Counted from the first letter of the stretch, positions 8,791 to 18,612 are shown. The stretch is 64,000 nt of DNA from an uncultured Verrucomicrobiae bacterium (GCA_963764165.1 CAVXRD010000002.1:1184001-1248000), one strand, 5' to 3'. The notes: generated from the sequence alone by a model not told the origin. Numbers and translations: made by a program.

Positions 8791-9522
8791 CAGGAAAGGG
8801 CCAACCTCCGCAATGAGATGGAAATTGCACTCTCCGAAATAGCCCTCATGTGCTAGTTTTTCCAGCTCAACAAATTCCTCGGCTTTCAGGCTCGCCTGAA
8901 AGCCGTGGCCTTTTACAAATGGGTCACGTAAAAGCAAGATCGCCCGCGCCAAGCGTCTTATTTCACCCTTGCCCCACGGAGTCGGCAGATGAGAAATAAT
9001 AATTTCCGTTCCGGAACTCGTGCCCATCGGCACGTTCTCCCGTGTCACAACAAGTTCCACATCCTCAACCACCTTAGCGTCCTCGAAGGCAGCCCAGTCA
9101 ATCTCCATTCGATATTGAGTCCCGGACTCTGATTTGGGCCGTGTAGTCAACTCAACTCTTCGGCCAAGTCGCAATGCGCCGAGGCGGCCCAAGCCTTTGC
9201 TGCCAACGAGAAGGCGGCCAGACGGGCTGGTTTCACTTCGACTTTTCATCGAGTCACCAACAATCAGCCAACCATTGCGAATCTCTTCGGAGGTCATCCC
9301 AACGCCGTCATCCTTAAGAATAATCGAACCGCCTTTGATATGTACGCCTTTCAACTCAACGGTGCATCGCGTGGCGTCGGCATCGTAGGAGTTCTTTATA
9401 AGCTCGAGAATGCCCTGATCTGGCGAAGGATTCAGTTCCTCGCCCAGCAATCGCAAAATCGCCGTTGAGAAACGAAGGCGCTCCGAACTTGGCGGCTGTG
9501 GAATTAAGACCGGTTTCGGCAT
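8782..9522 (-). pseudogene. GHKL/MORC-type (HATPase_c_3) ATPase, probably C-terminally truncated
   Basis: ELIKNSYDADA, DDGVGM, GSKGLGRLG, GTEIII motifs; only 246 aa, with last residues (GPFLIS*) running into the repeat element. Confidence 0.75.
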
Positions 9523-10841
9523 GTTTGGATCTTGACCGGGATTGACTCGACTGCTCCGACCGTCAGGTGTCGGCAGCGGATGCGTTGATCAAGGAATTCG
9601 TTCACCCGCTGACTGTGGAGTTGTTCCATCAGCGCTCGGCAAGAATCGGCAGATTTGTCGTGCGGTTCACAGACAATGAGATGGTTTTCGACGGCAACGG
9701 GCTTTGATCCGAGAATAACCGTCGCGGCAGCGCGGTACGGGTGGCCCGGGCGGGAAGTGCGCCGAAGCACTACGAAAGGGGGCTGGTAGGTAAGTCCTTC
9801 GTGTCGGCGCTTTTCGGAGATGCGTCTCACCTCCACCCAGGTTCCGATATTTCGCGGGTGAATGTACCGACGGAGCGGCCCGGCTTCTTTGTCGCGATGC
9901 GGGACGACACGGCCTACATGCACATCGAAGAAGTCAGCCACGGTTGACGCACGCGGGAGAGCGGGGGTTGTCCAAACATGCGGTGCCGGGTTCTGAGCCT
10001 CGACACGGCGGACAAGGCGCAATAAGAATACATCCACGTCGGCGCTATCGTCAAAGATTCCGTACGGTTGCACGAGTTGAATGTCTGCAAGTTGGCTGAC
10101 GCGCATCCGCCACCGTTCTGAGAATGAACCGGAGCGGAGAACTTCGGGCAAAATCGCAAGCATTTCTGCGCCATGGTTTGCACGTTCGAGCGCCGCAATC
10201 ACGAACGCTGCGGCCCCTGTGATGCGCCCTCCAGACCAAGTGCATTCTATGGGGGCGCACACTTGGCCGAAGGGGGGGTTGAGCAACATGTGTGTGGCGC
10301 GGTTGAACATTGCTTTTTGTTTGAGACCGTCCGCAACGCGGATGTTCGGGAAACATCCAGAACTGGAATTCAGCAATGCTTCGTCGGTCTTGTGTCGCTG
10401 ACGAGCCAAAAGAATGAGGCGTGTTTTTGCGCCCTCGACGAACTCATGGTGGAGGTCAGTTCCGGTGAGCTGCAGTCCCCACTGGCGTAACGTATCCAGC
10501 AGTGTTTCGCGAATCGGAAGTTTTTTGGCCGCCGCTATAAGCAGGTCGCCCATGCCGCAGGTTGGATCGTAAAAGACACTTGTCGAACCAAATTCCGTAC
10601 CGCAATCAATCAATTGTGAACCGAGATTGGTCCCCGTGAAAAACGCGCCGAATTTACGACGCGTTTCCACTGGAGCAACGCGTCGGAGTTCAATACTCGC
10701 CTGACCATTTAGAGCGGCGTCAACCCGTGTGTTCCAGTCAGGAGCGCGGTACGATTCCACCGCCAAACGTTTCAAACGGGAAACGTAAACGGAGTAATCG
10801 CTAAACGGGCTGCATTCGGCTTTTTTCAGCACGGCTGTCAA
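9504..10841 (-). CDS. N6-adenine DNA methyltransferase (gamma-class motif order)
   Basis: GAFFT (motif X), YDPTCGMGDLL (motif I), LLNPPF (motif IV), C-terminal TRD-like region. Confidence 0.88.
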   Translation of the reverse strand: MTAVLKKAECSPFSDYSVYVSRLKRLAVESYRAPDWNTRVDAALNGQASIELRRVAPVETRRKFGAFFTGTNLGSQLIDCGTEFGSTSVFYDPTCGMGDLLIAAAKKLPIRETLLDTLRQWGLQLTGTDLHHEFVEGAKTRLILLARQRHKTDEALLNSSSGCFPNIRVADGLKQKAMFNRATHMLLNPPFGQVCAPIECTWSGGRITGAAAFVIAALERANHGAEMLAILPEVLRSGSFSERWRMRVSQLADIQLVQPYGIFDDSADVDVFLLRLVRRVEAQNPAPHVWTTPALPRASTVADFFDVHVGRVVPHRDKEAGPLRRYIHPRNIGTWVEVRRISEKRRHEGLTYQPPFVVLRRTSRPGHPYRAAATVILGSKPVAVENHLIVCEPHDKSADSCRALMEQLHSQRVNEFLDQRIRCRHLTVGAVESIPVKIQTCRNRS

Positions 10842-10956
10842 CGGGGATTCATTATCTCAGTAATCCCCTCTTAGTTCAATTCATCGTTTTCGCGCTATCG
10901 ATTAGCCAATCAGAAACTGCGCGTTCGAAATTCGCCGCCACGTAAGCGCCGTTACG

Positions 10957-11949
10957 TCAAAACTGCCGCAGGAACCGAATGTCGTTTTCGTAGAAGAGGC
11001 GGATGTCGTTGATGCCGTAGCGGATCATGGCGATGCGCTCTATCCCGAAACCGAAGGCCCAGCCGGTCCATTCTTCGGGGTCGTAGCCAACTTGCTCGAA
11101 TACTTTCGGATGCACCATGCCGCAGCCGGCAATTTCCAGCCAGTCTTTGCCCATCTTCTTGACTAACGGGCTGGAGAAATCGATTTCGAAGCTCGGCTCG
11201 GTGTAGGAGAAATAGTGCGGGCGGAAACGGATTTTGGTTTCGCTGCCGAGCAGTTCTCGAAAGACAAATTCGACGGTGCCTTTCAAATCGCTGACGGTGA
11301 CTTTGCGGTCCACGTAGAGGCCTTCGATTTGCTGGAAGGTTGGGTTGTGGGTGGCGTCGGGATTGTCGCGGCGGTAGACGCGGCCCGGCACGATGATGCG
11401 CACGGGAGGCGGCTGCTTTTCCATCACGCGGATTTGCACGGATGACGTGTGCGTGCGGAGCAATACCCGTTCGCTGGACTGCAAGTAAAAGGTGTCCTGC
11501 AAATCCCGCGCTGGATGATCGTCGGGGGTGTTCAGGGCGTCGAAGCAATGGTATTCGTCTTCGACCTCGGGGCCGTCGGCCACGGCGAAACCGATTTTGC
11601 GGAAACTGCGGACGATGTCTTCGGTGACCTGCGTGAGCGGGTGCAATTTGCCAAGCGGGCGGCGGCGGCCGGGAAGCGTGAAATCGGTGGGTTCCTTCGG
11701 CAGCGAGGCTTTGAGTTCCAATTCGGAACGGCGCTCGGTGAAGGCGGCGTCGAGTTCCCCTTTGGCTTGGTTGATGAGTTTGCCGGCGGCGGGGCGTTCC
11801 TCTTTCGGGAGCGCGCCCAATTGCTTCATCAGCGCGGTGAATTTGCCGTTGGGGCCGATCCATGCGCCTTTGGATTGATCCAAGGCGGCAAGATCGGCGG
11901 CGGCCTTGAAGTCGGCCAGCGCGGCTTGCTTAAGAGGTTCGATGTCCAT
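10957..11949 (-). CDS. pheS: Phenylalanine--tRNA ligase alpha subunit
   Basis: HPARDLQDTFY, LLRTHTSSVQ, FRPHYFSYTEPS, GWAFGFGIER. Confidence 0.98.
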   Translation of the reverse strand: MDIEPLKQAALADFKAAADLAALDQSKGAWIGPNGKFTALMKQLGALPKEERPAAGKLINQAKGELDAAFTERRSELELKASLPKEPTDFTLPGRRRPLGKLHPLTQVTEDIVRSFRKIGFAVADGPEVEDEYHCFDALNTPDDHPARDLQDTFYLQSSERVLLRTHTSSVQIRVMEKQPPPVRIIVPGRVYRRDNPDATHNPTFQQIEGLYVDRKVTVSDLKGTVEFVFRELLGSETKIRFRPHYFSYTEPSFEIDFSSPLVKKMGKDWLEIAGCGMVHPKVFEQVGYDPEEWTGWAFGFGIERIAMIRYGINDIRLFYENDIRFLRQF

Positions 11950-12014
11950 TGCGATTCGATCCGATGGACAGAAAATCGGAACGGCGGGAGGGCCGTTCCG
12001 ATATCAATCAGAAA

Positions 12015-12404
12015 TTACTTCGCGGCGGCGGCGGGAGCGGCTTTGGCCTTGGCCACGAGCGCACTCTTGGAGACTTCGACCAACGCGCTGAATGCGGCGG
12101 CGTCCGTCGCGGCCAAGTCAGCCAGAATCTTGCGATCCAAGGTGCATTGGGCGGCTTTCAGGCCTTCCATGAAGCGGCTGTAAGTGGTGCCGGCGGCCCG
12201 GGCGGCGGCGTTAATGCGCACCTGCCAGAGAGCGCGGTAATTGCGCTTCTTGGTCTTGCGATCGCGGAAGGCATACTGCATGCCGTGATCGAGGGCGTCG
12301 GAGGCGTAACGGTAAAGTTTGGAACGCTTGAGCCGAAAGCCTTTGGCGGCTTTGATTGTGCGGATGCGGCGTTTGCGGGAGGCTGGCGAATTTGTTACAC
12401 GCAT
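12015..12404 (-). CDS. rplT: 50S ribosomal protein L20
   Basis: YAFRDRKTKKRNYRALWQVRINAA, LDRKILADLA. Confidence 0.98.
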   Translation of the reverse strand: MRVTNSPASRKRRIRTIKAAKGFRLKRSKLYRYASDALDHGMQYAFRDRKTKKRNYRALWQVRINAAARAAGTTYSRFMEGLKAAQCTLDRKILADLAATDAAAFSALVEVSKSALVAKAKAAPAAAAK

Positions 12405-12427
12405 ATAAGTAAGTGGCGGCGGCCGGT

Positions 12428-12637
12428 TTAGTGGCTGAAGGGCAAATTCTGAAGGATGCGATAGGCATCCGTCTTATCGACCACTTTGGAAGTGCCGAGG
12501 CTGCGGCGCCGCTTCGAATTTTTGGTTTGAAGCAAGTGCCGCTTGCCTGCGCGTGAACGCAAAACTTTGCCCCGCGCGGTGATTTTAAACCGCTTGGCAA
12601 CTGCTTTTCTGGTCTTGATACCTTTAGGACGTCGCAT
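12428..12637 (-). CDS. rpmI: 50S ribosomal protein L35
   Basis: KTRKAVAKRFKITARGK...KRHLL; upstream of rplT. Confidence 0.96.
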   Translation of the reverse strand: MRRPKGIKTRKAVAKRFKITARGKVLRSRAGKRHLLQTKNSKRRRSLGTSKVVDKTDAYRILQNLPFSH

Positions 12638-12787
12638 AATAATCCTTTCCTTACAAAAGGACGCGCAATATAGATGGCTCGCTCGATGCACGCAAGATGT
12701 TTTTTTCAGATTTGTCACAATACCCACCTTGGCGGCAGGGCGAGCCTCGTGCCGAGCCTTCCCATTTGGCCCATTCCTGGCGGGAAG

Positions 12788-12820
12788 ATAGGACGAATAG
12801 GCCCTATGGGACTTATAGGA
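12788..12820. repeat. 9-bp-period short repeat (ATRGG core), copy 1
   Basis: ataggacga/ataggccct/atgggactt/atagga; similar array at 19037-19074. Confidence 0.65.
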
Positions 12821-12840
12821 GACGCCCTAACTTAAAGCCA

Positions 12841-13713
12841 ATGGACGATTTTTCTAACGCCGCGCTGGTGCTGATCGGCCATGGTTCGACTCTGAACGCC
12901 GATTCCGCCAACCCCACCTGGCAGCACACGGACGCTTTGCGCGGGCGCAACATTTTTTCCCAGGTGCAAGAGGCGCTTTGGAAGCAGGAACCTTACGTGT
13001 GGCAGGTTTTGCGCGGCGTTTTCGCGCCGCGCGTGTTTATTGTGCCACTGTTTATCAGCGAAGGTTATTTCACGGAAGAAGTTCTGCCGCGTGAATTGGG
13101 TTTTTGCGCGCCGGGCGAGACGAATTTTTCCCGCATTCAACAACGCGGCGAACAGACACTCTATTATTGCGGCCCAGTCGGAACGCATCCGAGCATGACG
13201 GAAGTGTTGCTGGCGCGAGCGCGGGATGTCGCGCAGAAGTTTCCGTTTCCGCGCGAGCCGAAACCAGCGGATACCGCCCTGTTTATCGCCGGGCACGGCA
13301 CTGGGAATAACGAGAATTCGCGCAAAGCCATCGAGCAGCAATCCGAACTGATTCGCCAGCGCGGCTTGTATGCGGAGGTGCATTCGGTGTTCATGGAGGA
13401 GGAGCCGCGCATTGCCGATTGCTGCAAGATCGCTGCCGTCAAAAATATTGTCATGGTGCCGTTTTTTATCAGCGACGGGCTGCATTCGTTTGAGGACATC
13501 CCGGTGATGCTGGGCGCGCCAGCAAACGTCGTGCGCGAACGGTTGGCGCAAGGCCAGCCGACTTGGCGGAATCCGACCGAGCGCGACGGAAAACGCATCT
13601 GGTATTCGGCCAGCATCGGCAACGAGCCGCATCTGCCGGATGTGATTTTGCAGCGCGTTCGCGAAGCGGCTGCCTCTGGCGCAAAGATCATCGCGCCAGC
13701 CGCCACTCGATGA
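12841..13713 (+). CDS. CbiX/SirB-family chelatase-like protein (two CbiX domains)
   Basis: LVLIGHGS...VPLFISEGY...GTHP and a second FIAGHGT...VPFFISDGLH. Confidence 0.85.
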   Translation: MDDFSNAALVLIGHGSTLNADSANPTWQHTDALRGRNIFSQVQEALWKQEPYVWQVLRGVFAPRVFIVPLFISEGYFTEEVLPRELGFCAPGETNFSRIQQRGEQTLYYCGPVGTHPSMTEVLLARARDVAQKFPFPREPKPADTALFIAGHGTGNNENSRKAIEQQSELIRQRGLYAEVHSVFMEEEPRIADCCKIAAVKNIVMVPFFISDGLHSFEDIPVMLGAPANVVRERLAQGQPTWRNPTERDGKRIWYSASIGNEPHLPDVILQRVREAAASGAKIIAPAATR

Positions 13714-15350
13714 GCGCGGCGGCGTGGCAGGAACCGGCTCCCGCGCGCGCACGATGGTGGCTGGCCGCTTGCACGCTCGCCTGCCTGCTGCCGTTCCTGG
13801 GCAAGGCGTTCCACATGGACGATCCGCTGTTCATTTGGACGGCACGGCATATTCAATCGCGTCCGCTCGATTTCTACGGATTCAGCGTGAATTGGGGTTA
13901 CGCGGAAATGCCGATGACGACTAACATGCAAAATCCCCCGCTCTCTTCCTATTATCTCGCGCTGGTGGGAACGCTTCTCGGCTGGAGTGAAAACGCGCTG
14001 CATTTTGGTTTTCTTGCGCCGGCACTCGCGCTGATTTTGGGGACATACGAATTGGCGCGGAAGCTGTGTGCGCGACCGTTTTTCGCCGCCCTTGCCACAC
14101 TCGCCACGCCCGTGTTCCTGCTCTCCAGCACGAGCGTCATGTGCGATACGATGATGGCCGCATTCTGGGTTTGGGCGGTTTATTTGTGGGTGAGCGGGTT
14201 GGAGAATCGAATGCACGGACGCTTGCTGCTGGCGGTGGTTTTCGTCAGCGCGAGTGGATTGACGAAATACTTTGGTTTTGCGCTGGTTCCGTTGCTCGCG
14301 GCACATTCGCTTTTCATGGTGCGCAAATTGGGATGGTGGCTGGCATACTTGGCCGTTCCGCTCCTTGTCATGGGAGTTTTCGAATGGTGGACGGCGCGGC
14401 TTTATGGAAACGGCTTGCTGTCGAACGCCGCCAATTACGTTGCGAATCTGAGCGTATCATCAGGCGCTTATGCGAAAACCGTAACCACGCTCTCGTTTTG
14501 CGGCGGATGCCTCATCATTGCGCTGGCGGCGCTGCCGTGGCTTTGGGGCAGGCGCGGTTTGGTTATTGCGCTGACGGGAATCGTCTTGACAGCGGGAATT
14601 CTGGTTCTCAAAGGGCGCCTGGGAGAATTCGCAATTGTCGACGGCGGGCATGTTCGGTGGCCGTGTCTCGTACAATTGGCCGTTTTTGTGGTCGGCGGCA
14701 TCGCTGTCGCGTGGCTGGCCGTTGTCGGCGAACTTCAAAATCGGAGCGCGGATTCAATGCTGCTGCTGTTGTGGATTGCAGGGGTGATGACGTTCGTTGG
14801 CGCGCTGAATTGGACAGTGGCAGGACGCAACATTCTCCCGATGGCGCCCGCCGTTGCTATTCTGGTGGTACGGCAGTTGGAGCGGCGCGGAATTTCCCCG
14901 CGAAGTTACGCATGGCCATTGGGAATCTCGGCAGCGCTAGCGCTGTTGGTGACTTGGGCTGACGCGCAAGCCGCCGGGACGCAACGTGATGCCGCCAATT
15001 CCTTAACGACGCAGCTAAAGCCGAAGTTCGCCACGGTCTCCTTTGAAGGCCATTGGGGTTTTCAGTATTACATGGAGCAACTCGGCGCGAAATCGCTGTC
15101 CCGTTACCCATTGGTTCTGGAAACCAACCAAGTGGTGGTCATTCCGATGGAAAACACATGCATTTTCCGATTGCCGCAGACACAGGTCGAGCCCTTCGCC
15201 ACATTGCAAGTGACTCCAGTAAAGTGGCTTACCTTGCAGAGCCTCAGCTTGGGAGCGGGATACTATTCAGACGCTTGGGGACCTGCGCCGTTTTTATTCG
15301 GCAAGACGGCTGCGGAAACGTATTGGGTGATTCGCACAACCCAACATTGA
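13710..15350 (+). CDS. GT-C membrane glycosyltransferase (ArnT/PMT, GT39/83-like)
   Basis: HMDDPLF, NPPL, many TM helices, LTKY; ATGA overlap with the CbiX-like gene. Confidence 0.8.
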   Translation: MSAAAWQEPAPARARWWLAACTLACLLPFLGKAFHMDDPLFIWTARHIQSRPLDFYGFSVNWGYAEMPMTTNMQNPPLSSYYLALVGTLLGWSENALHFGFLAPALALILGTYELARKLCARPFFAALATLATPVFLLSSTSVMCDTMMAAFWVWAVYLWVSGLENRMHGRLLLAVVFVSASGLTKYFGFALVPLLAAHSLFMVRKLGWWLAYLAVPLLVMGVFEWWTARLYGNGLLSNAANYVANLSVSSGAYAKTVTTLSFCGGCLIIALAALPWLWGRRGLVIALTGIVLTAGILVLKGRLGEFAIVDGGHVRWPCLVQLAVFVVGGIAVAWLAVVGELQNRSADSMLLLLWIAGVMTFVGALNWTVAGRNILPMAPAVAILVVRQLERRGISPRSYAWPLGISAALALLVTWADAQAAGTQRDAANSLTTQLKPKFATVSFEGHWGFQYYMEQLGAKSLSRYPLVLETNQVVVIPMENTCIFRLPQTQVEPFATLQVTPVKWLTLQSLSLGAGYYSDAWGPAPFLFGKTAAETYWVIRTTQH

Positions 15351-15380
15351 CCCGACCCATAAATATGGTAGGCTCCGCTT

Positions 15381-15644
15381 GTGAAGACAACGATTGAAGT
15401 CCCAGGCGCAACGTTGCGTCGCGCTAAGAATGCCGCCACCTCACGCGGAATCAGTCTCAAGCAGTTTTTCACGGAAGCCTTGGAGGACAAGCTCAAGGGA
15501 ACGTCTATGTCAGTCTCGGAGCCAGCCTGGTTGAAACTGGCGGGCGCGTTCGGGAAAACCGCCTCCGAACGCGCGGAGACGCGCAGCATTCAGGATCGCA
15601 TTGATGCGGAGTTCGAGATATTGGAATCCGAGGACGCGCTGTGA
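15381..15644 (+). CDS. RHH-type antitoxin (VapB-like)
   Basis: MKTTIEVPGATLRRAK..A...GISLKQFFTEAL; overlaps PIN gene. Confidence 0.8.
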   Translation: MKTTIEVPGATLRRAKNAATSRGISLKQFFTEALEDKLKGTSMSVSEPAWLKLAGAFGKTASERAETRSIQDRIDAEFEILESEDAL

Positions 15645-16018
15645 TTGTGGACACGAACGCCATTTCCGCTTTCGCGGTGGGCGACCCATCCGTTCGTGAG
15701 AAGATCGCTGCCGGACCAGGGCCGTACCTTCCGGTTATCGTCCTTGGGGAATATTGTTTCGGCCTGCTGGAATCCCGCGAACGCGACCGCCGCCTTGCTT
15801 GGCTGAAAGAATTGACCCGGCACTGGACCGTGCTGGAAGTCTCCGCGGAAACCGCCGCGACCTACGCCGAGCTTCGTCAAGCCCTTAAACAACGAGCCAC
15901 ACCCATCCCCTCCAACGATGTCTGGATTGCTGCCTTGGCACGGCAACATAATTTATCTGTCCTGAGCGCCGATTCTCATTTCGACAGCGTTCCTGGCGTT
16001 CGCCGGATCAGATGGTGA
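15641..16018 (+). CDS. vapC: PIN-domain VapC toxin
   Basis: IVDTNAIS, VLGE, PSNDVWIAALA, SADSHF. Confidence 0.92.
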   Translation: MIVDTNAISAFAVGDPSVREKIAAGPGPYLPVIVLGEYCFGLLESRERDRRLAWLKELTRHWTVLEVSAETAATYAELRQALKQRATPIPSNDVWIAALARQHNLSVLSADSHFDSVPGVRRIRW

Positions 16019-16157
16019 CTGGAAGAATGAATGTTCCCGAGGATTTGATTCGCTTTGTCCACTCGTAAAGCAGAGTGATAAATTTGCGAAATAGTAAATA
16101 ATCGCTTGCGCAGGGAGAGGATGGCCCGTAAGGTGTCGTCCGCAGGCAAAACTGGAT

Positions 16158-16234
<77 letters not shown>

Positions 16235-16788
16235 ATTTCAGCCCTAAAGCATCCGTTTTTAGGGCCCATTTTTCAAGCACTTGCAACTTCCCCACGCTTT
16301 TGAGTTCATTCTGTGAAACATAGGGGTACATCCTGAAAAACGCCGAATAAAAACCACACATCCGCCCACACAGAGATAGCCTTGCGGCTCCTTCTATTTA
16401 CGAGGACCGTTTCTGCGGTGGCTGAAACACTCCTCAGAGCCCAGATGTTGACGAGTTGAATTTTTCGGCTGACCGGATGGCGTAACGAATCAATCCCCTG
16501 ATGGCGGTCCCTTCGCGAGCCCCGAATTACGAGCCTTTGTGGCAGGAGCTGTCACTCAACGCTGCGTGTGGGTGGATTGCTTATGGCGTCGCGGGGTAGA
16601 ATATCCAATATCCTCGCGGCCTCATGGCGGTCATGCTTGATTGATTCCAACCCTGGCAGAACAAAAACCGTGAAAAGCGCTAAAGCGTTTGACGACAATT
16701 ATAATTTTCCGAAAATAATAATTGCGTTGATCAATAGCGGGTTTGGAACCCGGGATGCAGCAGACTTGGAAGTCTGCTCTGCCATTCG

Positions 16789-17820
16789 TCACAGGCCAAG
16801 CTGAACGGCCTTTTGAAACACGGCGCCGGGCTTCACGGCGTGCAGGCACGCCAGCGGTTCAGAATTGGCGCAGCGGCCTTTCATGCATGGGACGCACGAT
16901 AATTCCGTCGCTTGGAAGACATTATGGAGCTGGCCATATGGACCCGTGTTCCACGGTGCCGTTGGGCCAAAAACCGCGACCACCGGACGCCGCAAGGCCG
17001 CCGCCACGTGCATCGGGCCGGTGTCATTCGTAATCGTCAATCTGCCAAGGCGAATCCACTCGATCATTTCGTCCAGCGTGGTGGATCCCGCCAGGTTCAA
17101 ACAACGGCCCGGCGCGGCTTTGGCGATTTCCTCGCCCAGCGGACGCTCATCAGGACTGCCGAGCACCACCATTTTCACATCCGGCAATGCGCTGAATTTT
17201 TTGGTGAGTTCAACAAAATTATTGACAGGCCATCGCTTGTTATCCCATCGCCCGCCGGGCAGCATCACAACCCAGCGGGCGTTTTGCGCGCCACCCCCCC
17301 AGGCATCGCTGATGCGTCCGGCCGCTGCCGCGCACATTGGCAGCCACTCGAAATCCCAATGGATTGGAACATTGAGCAACGGCAGAACAGACATGTAGCG
17401 GTCCACCGCATGCACACCGTCCAGCGCCCGCGGCGGAGTCAGGTCGTACATCGCCCTCGCTCCTTCGCGCCCGCCTTCGCGCAGATTATCAAGCCCCAGG
17501 GTCGTCGTGGCATTGGACAGCCAGGCGAACATGCTGCTGCGGGCCAGTCCCTGCAAATCGATGGCCAAATCGAAATGCTCGTCGCGCATCGATTTCACGA
17601 TCGAATAAATTTCCCGCCAATGACGCGGGGCGGCCCAGCGTTTGCGGTTGAAGGCGTAAATGCCGGTGAGGTCGGGATCGTTCTGCAGGAGCGGAACCAG
17701 CTTCTCATCCAGCCACCAATGAATGCGGCTGTCGGGCCAATGTCGTTTGAGCAGGCGCAGAACAGGCAGCGCGTGGATGACATCGCCCAGCGAACTAGGC
17801 TTGAGAATCAGTATTTTCAA
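16789..17820 (-). CDS. GT9 LPS heptosyltransferase (WaaC/WaaF-like)
   Basis: KILILKPSSLGDVIHALP, DLQGL, KRWP, NDTGPMHVAAA, FGPT. Confidence 0.92.
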   Translation of the reverse strand: MKILILKPSSLGDVIHALPVLRLLKRHWPDSRIHWWLDEKLVPLLQNDPDLTGIYAFNRKRWAAPRHWREIYSIVKSMRDEHFDLAIDLQGLARSSMFAWLSNATTTLGLDNLREGGREGARAMYDLTPPRALDGVHAVDRYMSVLPLLNVPIHWDFEWLPMCAAAAGRISDAWGGGAQNARWVVMLPGGRWDNKRWPVNNFVELTKKFSALPDVKMVVLGSPDERPLGEEIAKAAPGRCLNLAGSTTLDEMIEWIRLGRLTITNDTGPMHVAAALRRPVVAVFGPTAPWNTGPYGQLHNVFQATELSCVPCMKGRCANSEPLACLHAVKPGAVFQKAVQLGL

Positions 17821-17865
17821 AGCCCGATGGCTTTTTTCAGACTGTGTTGGTTGCGGCGGACGGGA

Positions 17866-18588
17866 CTACTTTCCGACGGCCAGGCGCTCCGCCAGACGCG
17901 GCGGCAGGCCCGCGTCCAAAATCTTTTTCTGGGCTGTGGGAATGTCGTAATCGAGGCGGCGCAGTTCAATTGAGCCTTCGTCCATGTCGTAAACAACATA
18001 AGCCGCCTTCGGATTGCCGTCGCGGGGCTGGCCCACGGCGCCGACGTTGACAAAATATTTCCGGCCCGGTTCCACGCGGAATTTCGAGTAGGTGCCCCCG
18101 CGAATGACGTTCTCGCGAATAAACGCCACCGGCACATGCGTGTGGCCAAAAAAACAAACGGGCGTGTTCTGGTAAGTGAAGCTGGCGGCGGCGGCCAGTT
18201 TCTCGAAGACGTAACCCCATCGCTGCGGGCCATCCAGCGTCGCGTGGACGATGGTGAAACTCGTGACGAGCCGCACGTATTTCAAATCGGCCAGCCATTT
18301 TTTATCGTCATCGGTGAGTTGTTTGCGCGTCCAATTGACGGCTTCGGCGGCGTGGGGATTGAAGCCTTCAGTGGCTTCGCTGCTGGAGCAATATTCGTCG
18401 TGGTTGCCTTTAACTGTGGGGATATTCATGGCCCGGATGGTGTCCAGGCATTCTTTGGGATTGGCGTTATAACCGACGACATCGCCGAGGCAGGCGACGT
18501 GCGTGCATTTCTGCTTCTCGATGTCGTTCAGAACGACCTGAAAAGCCTCCAGGTTGCCGTGGATATCTGCAATAATGGCGTACTTCAT
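17866..18588 (-). CDS. Calcineurin-like metallophosphoesterase
   Basis: DIHGN, GDVVGY, GNHD, GHTH, NVGAVGQPRD. Confidence 0.93.
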   Translation of the reverse strand: MKYAIIADIHGNLEAFQVVLNDIEKQKCTHVACLGDVVGYNANPKECLDTIRAMNIPTVKGNHDEYCSSSEATEGFNPHAAEAVNWTRKQLTDDDKKWLADLKYVRLVTSFTIVHATLDGPQRWGYVFEKLAAAASFTYQNTPVCFFGHTHVPVAFIRENVIRGGTYSKFRVEPGRKYFVNVGAVGQPRDGNPKAAYVVYDMDEGSIELRRLDYDIPTAQKKILDAGLPPRLAERLAVGK

Positions 18589-18612
18589 TTTGCCCCAGCT
18601 AATCTACCGCAC

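Noticed and set aside
16400..16500. Minus-strand DSLRH resembling a tyrosine-recombinase motif
   Set aside because: Five residues only, with no supporting context
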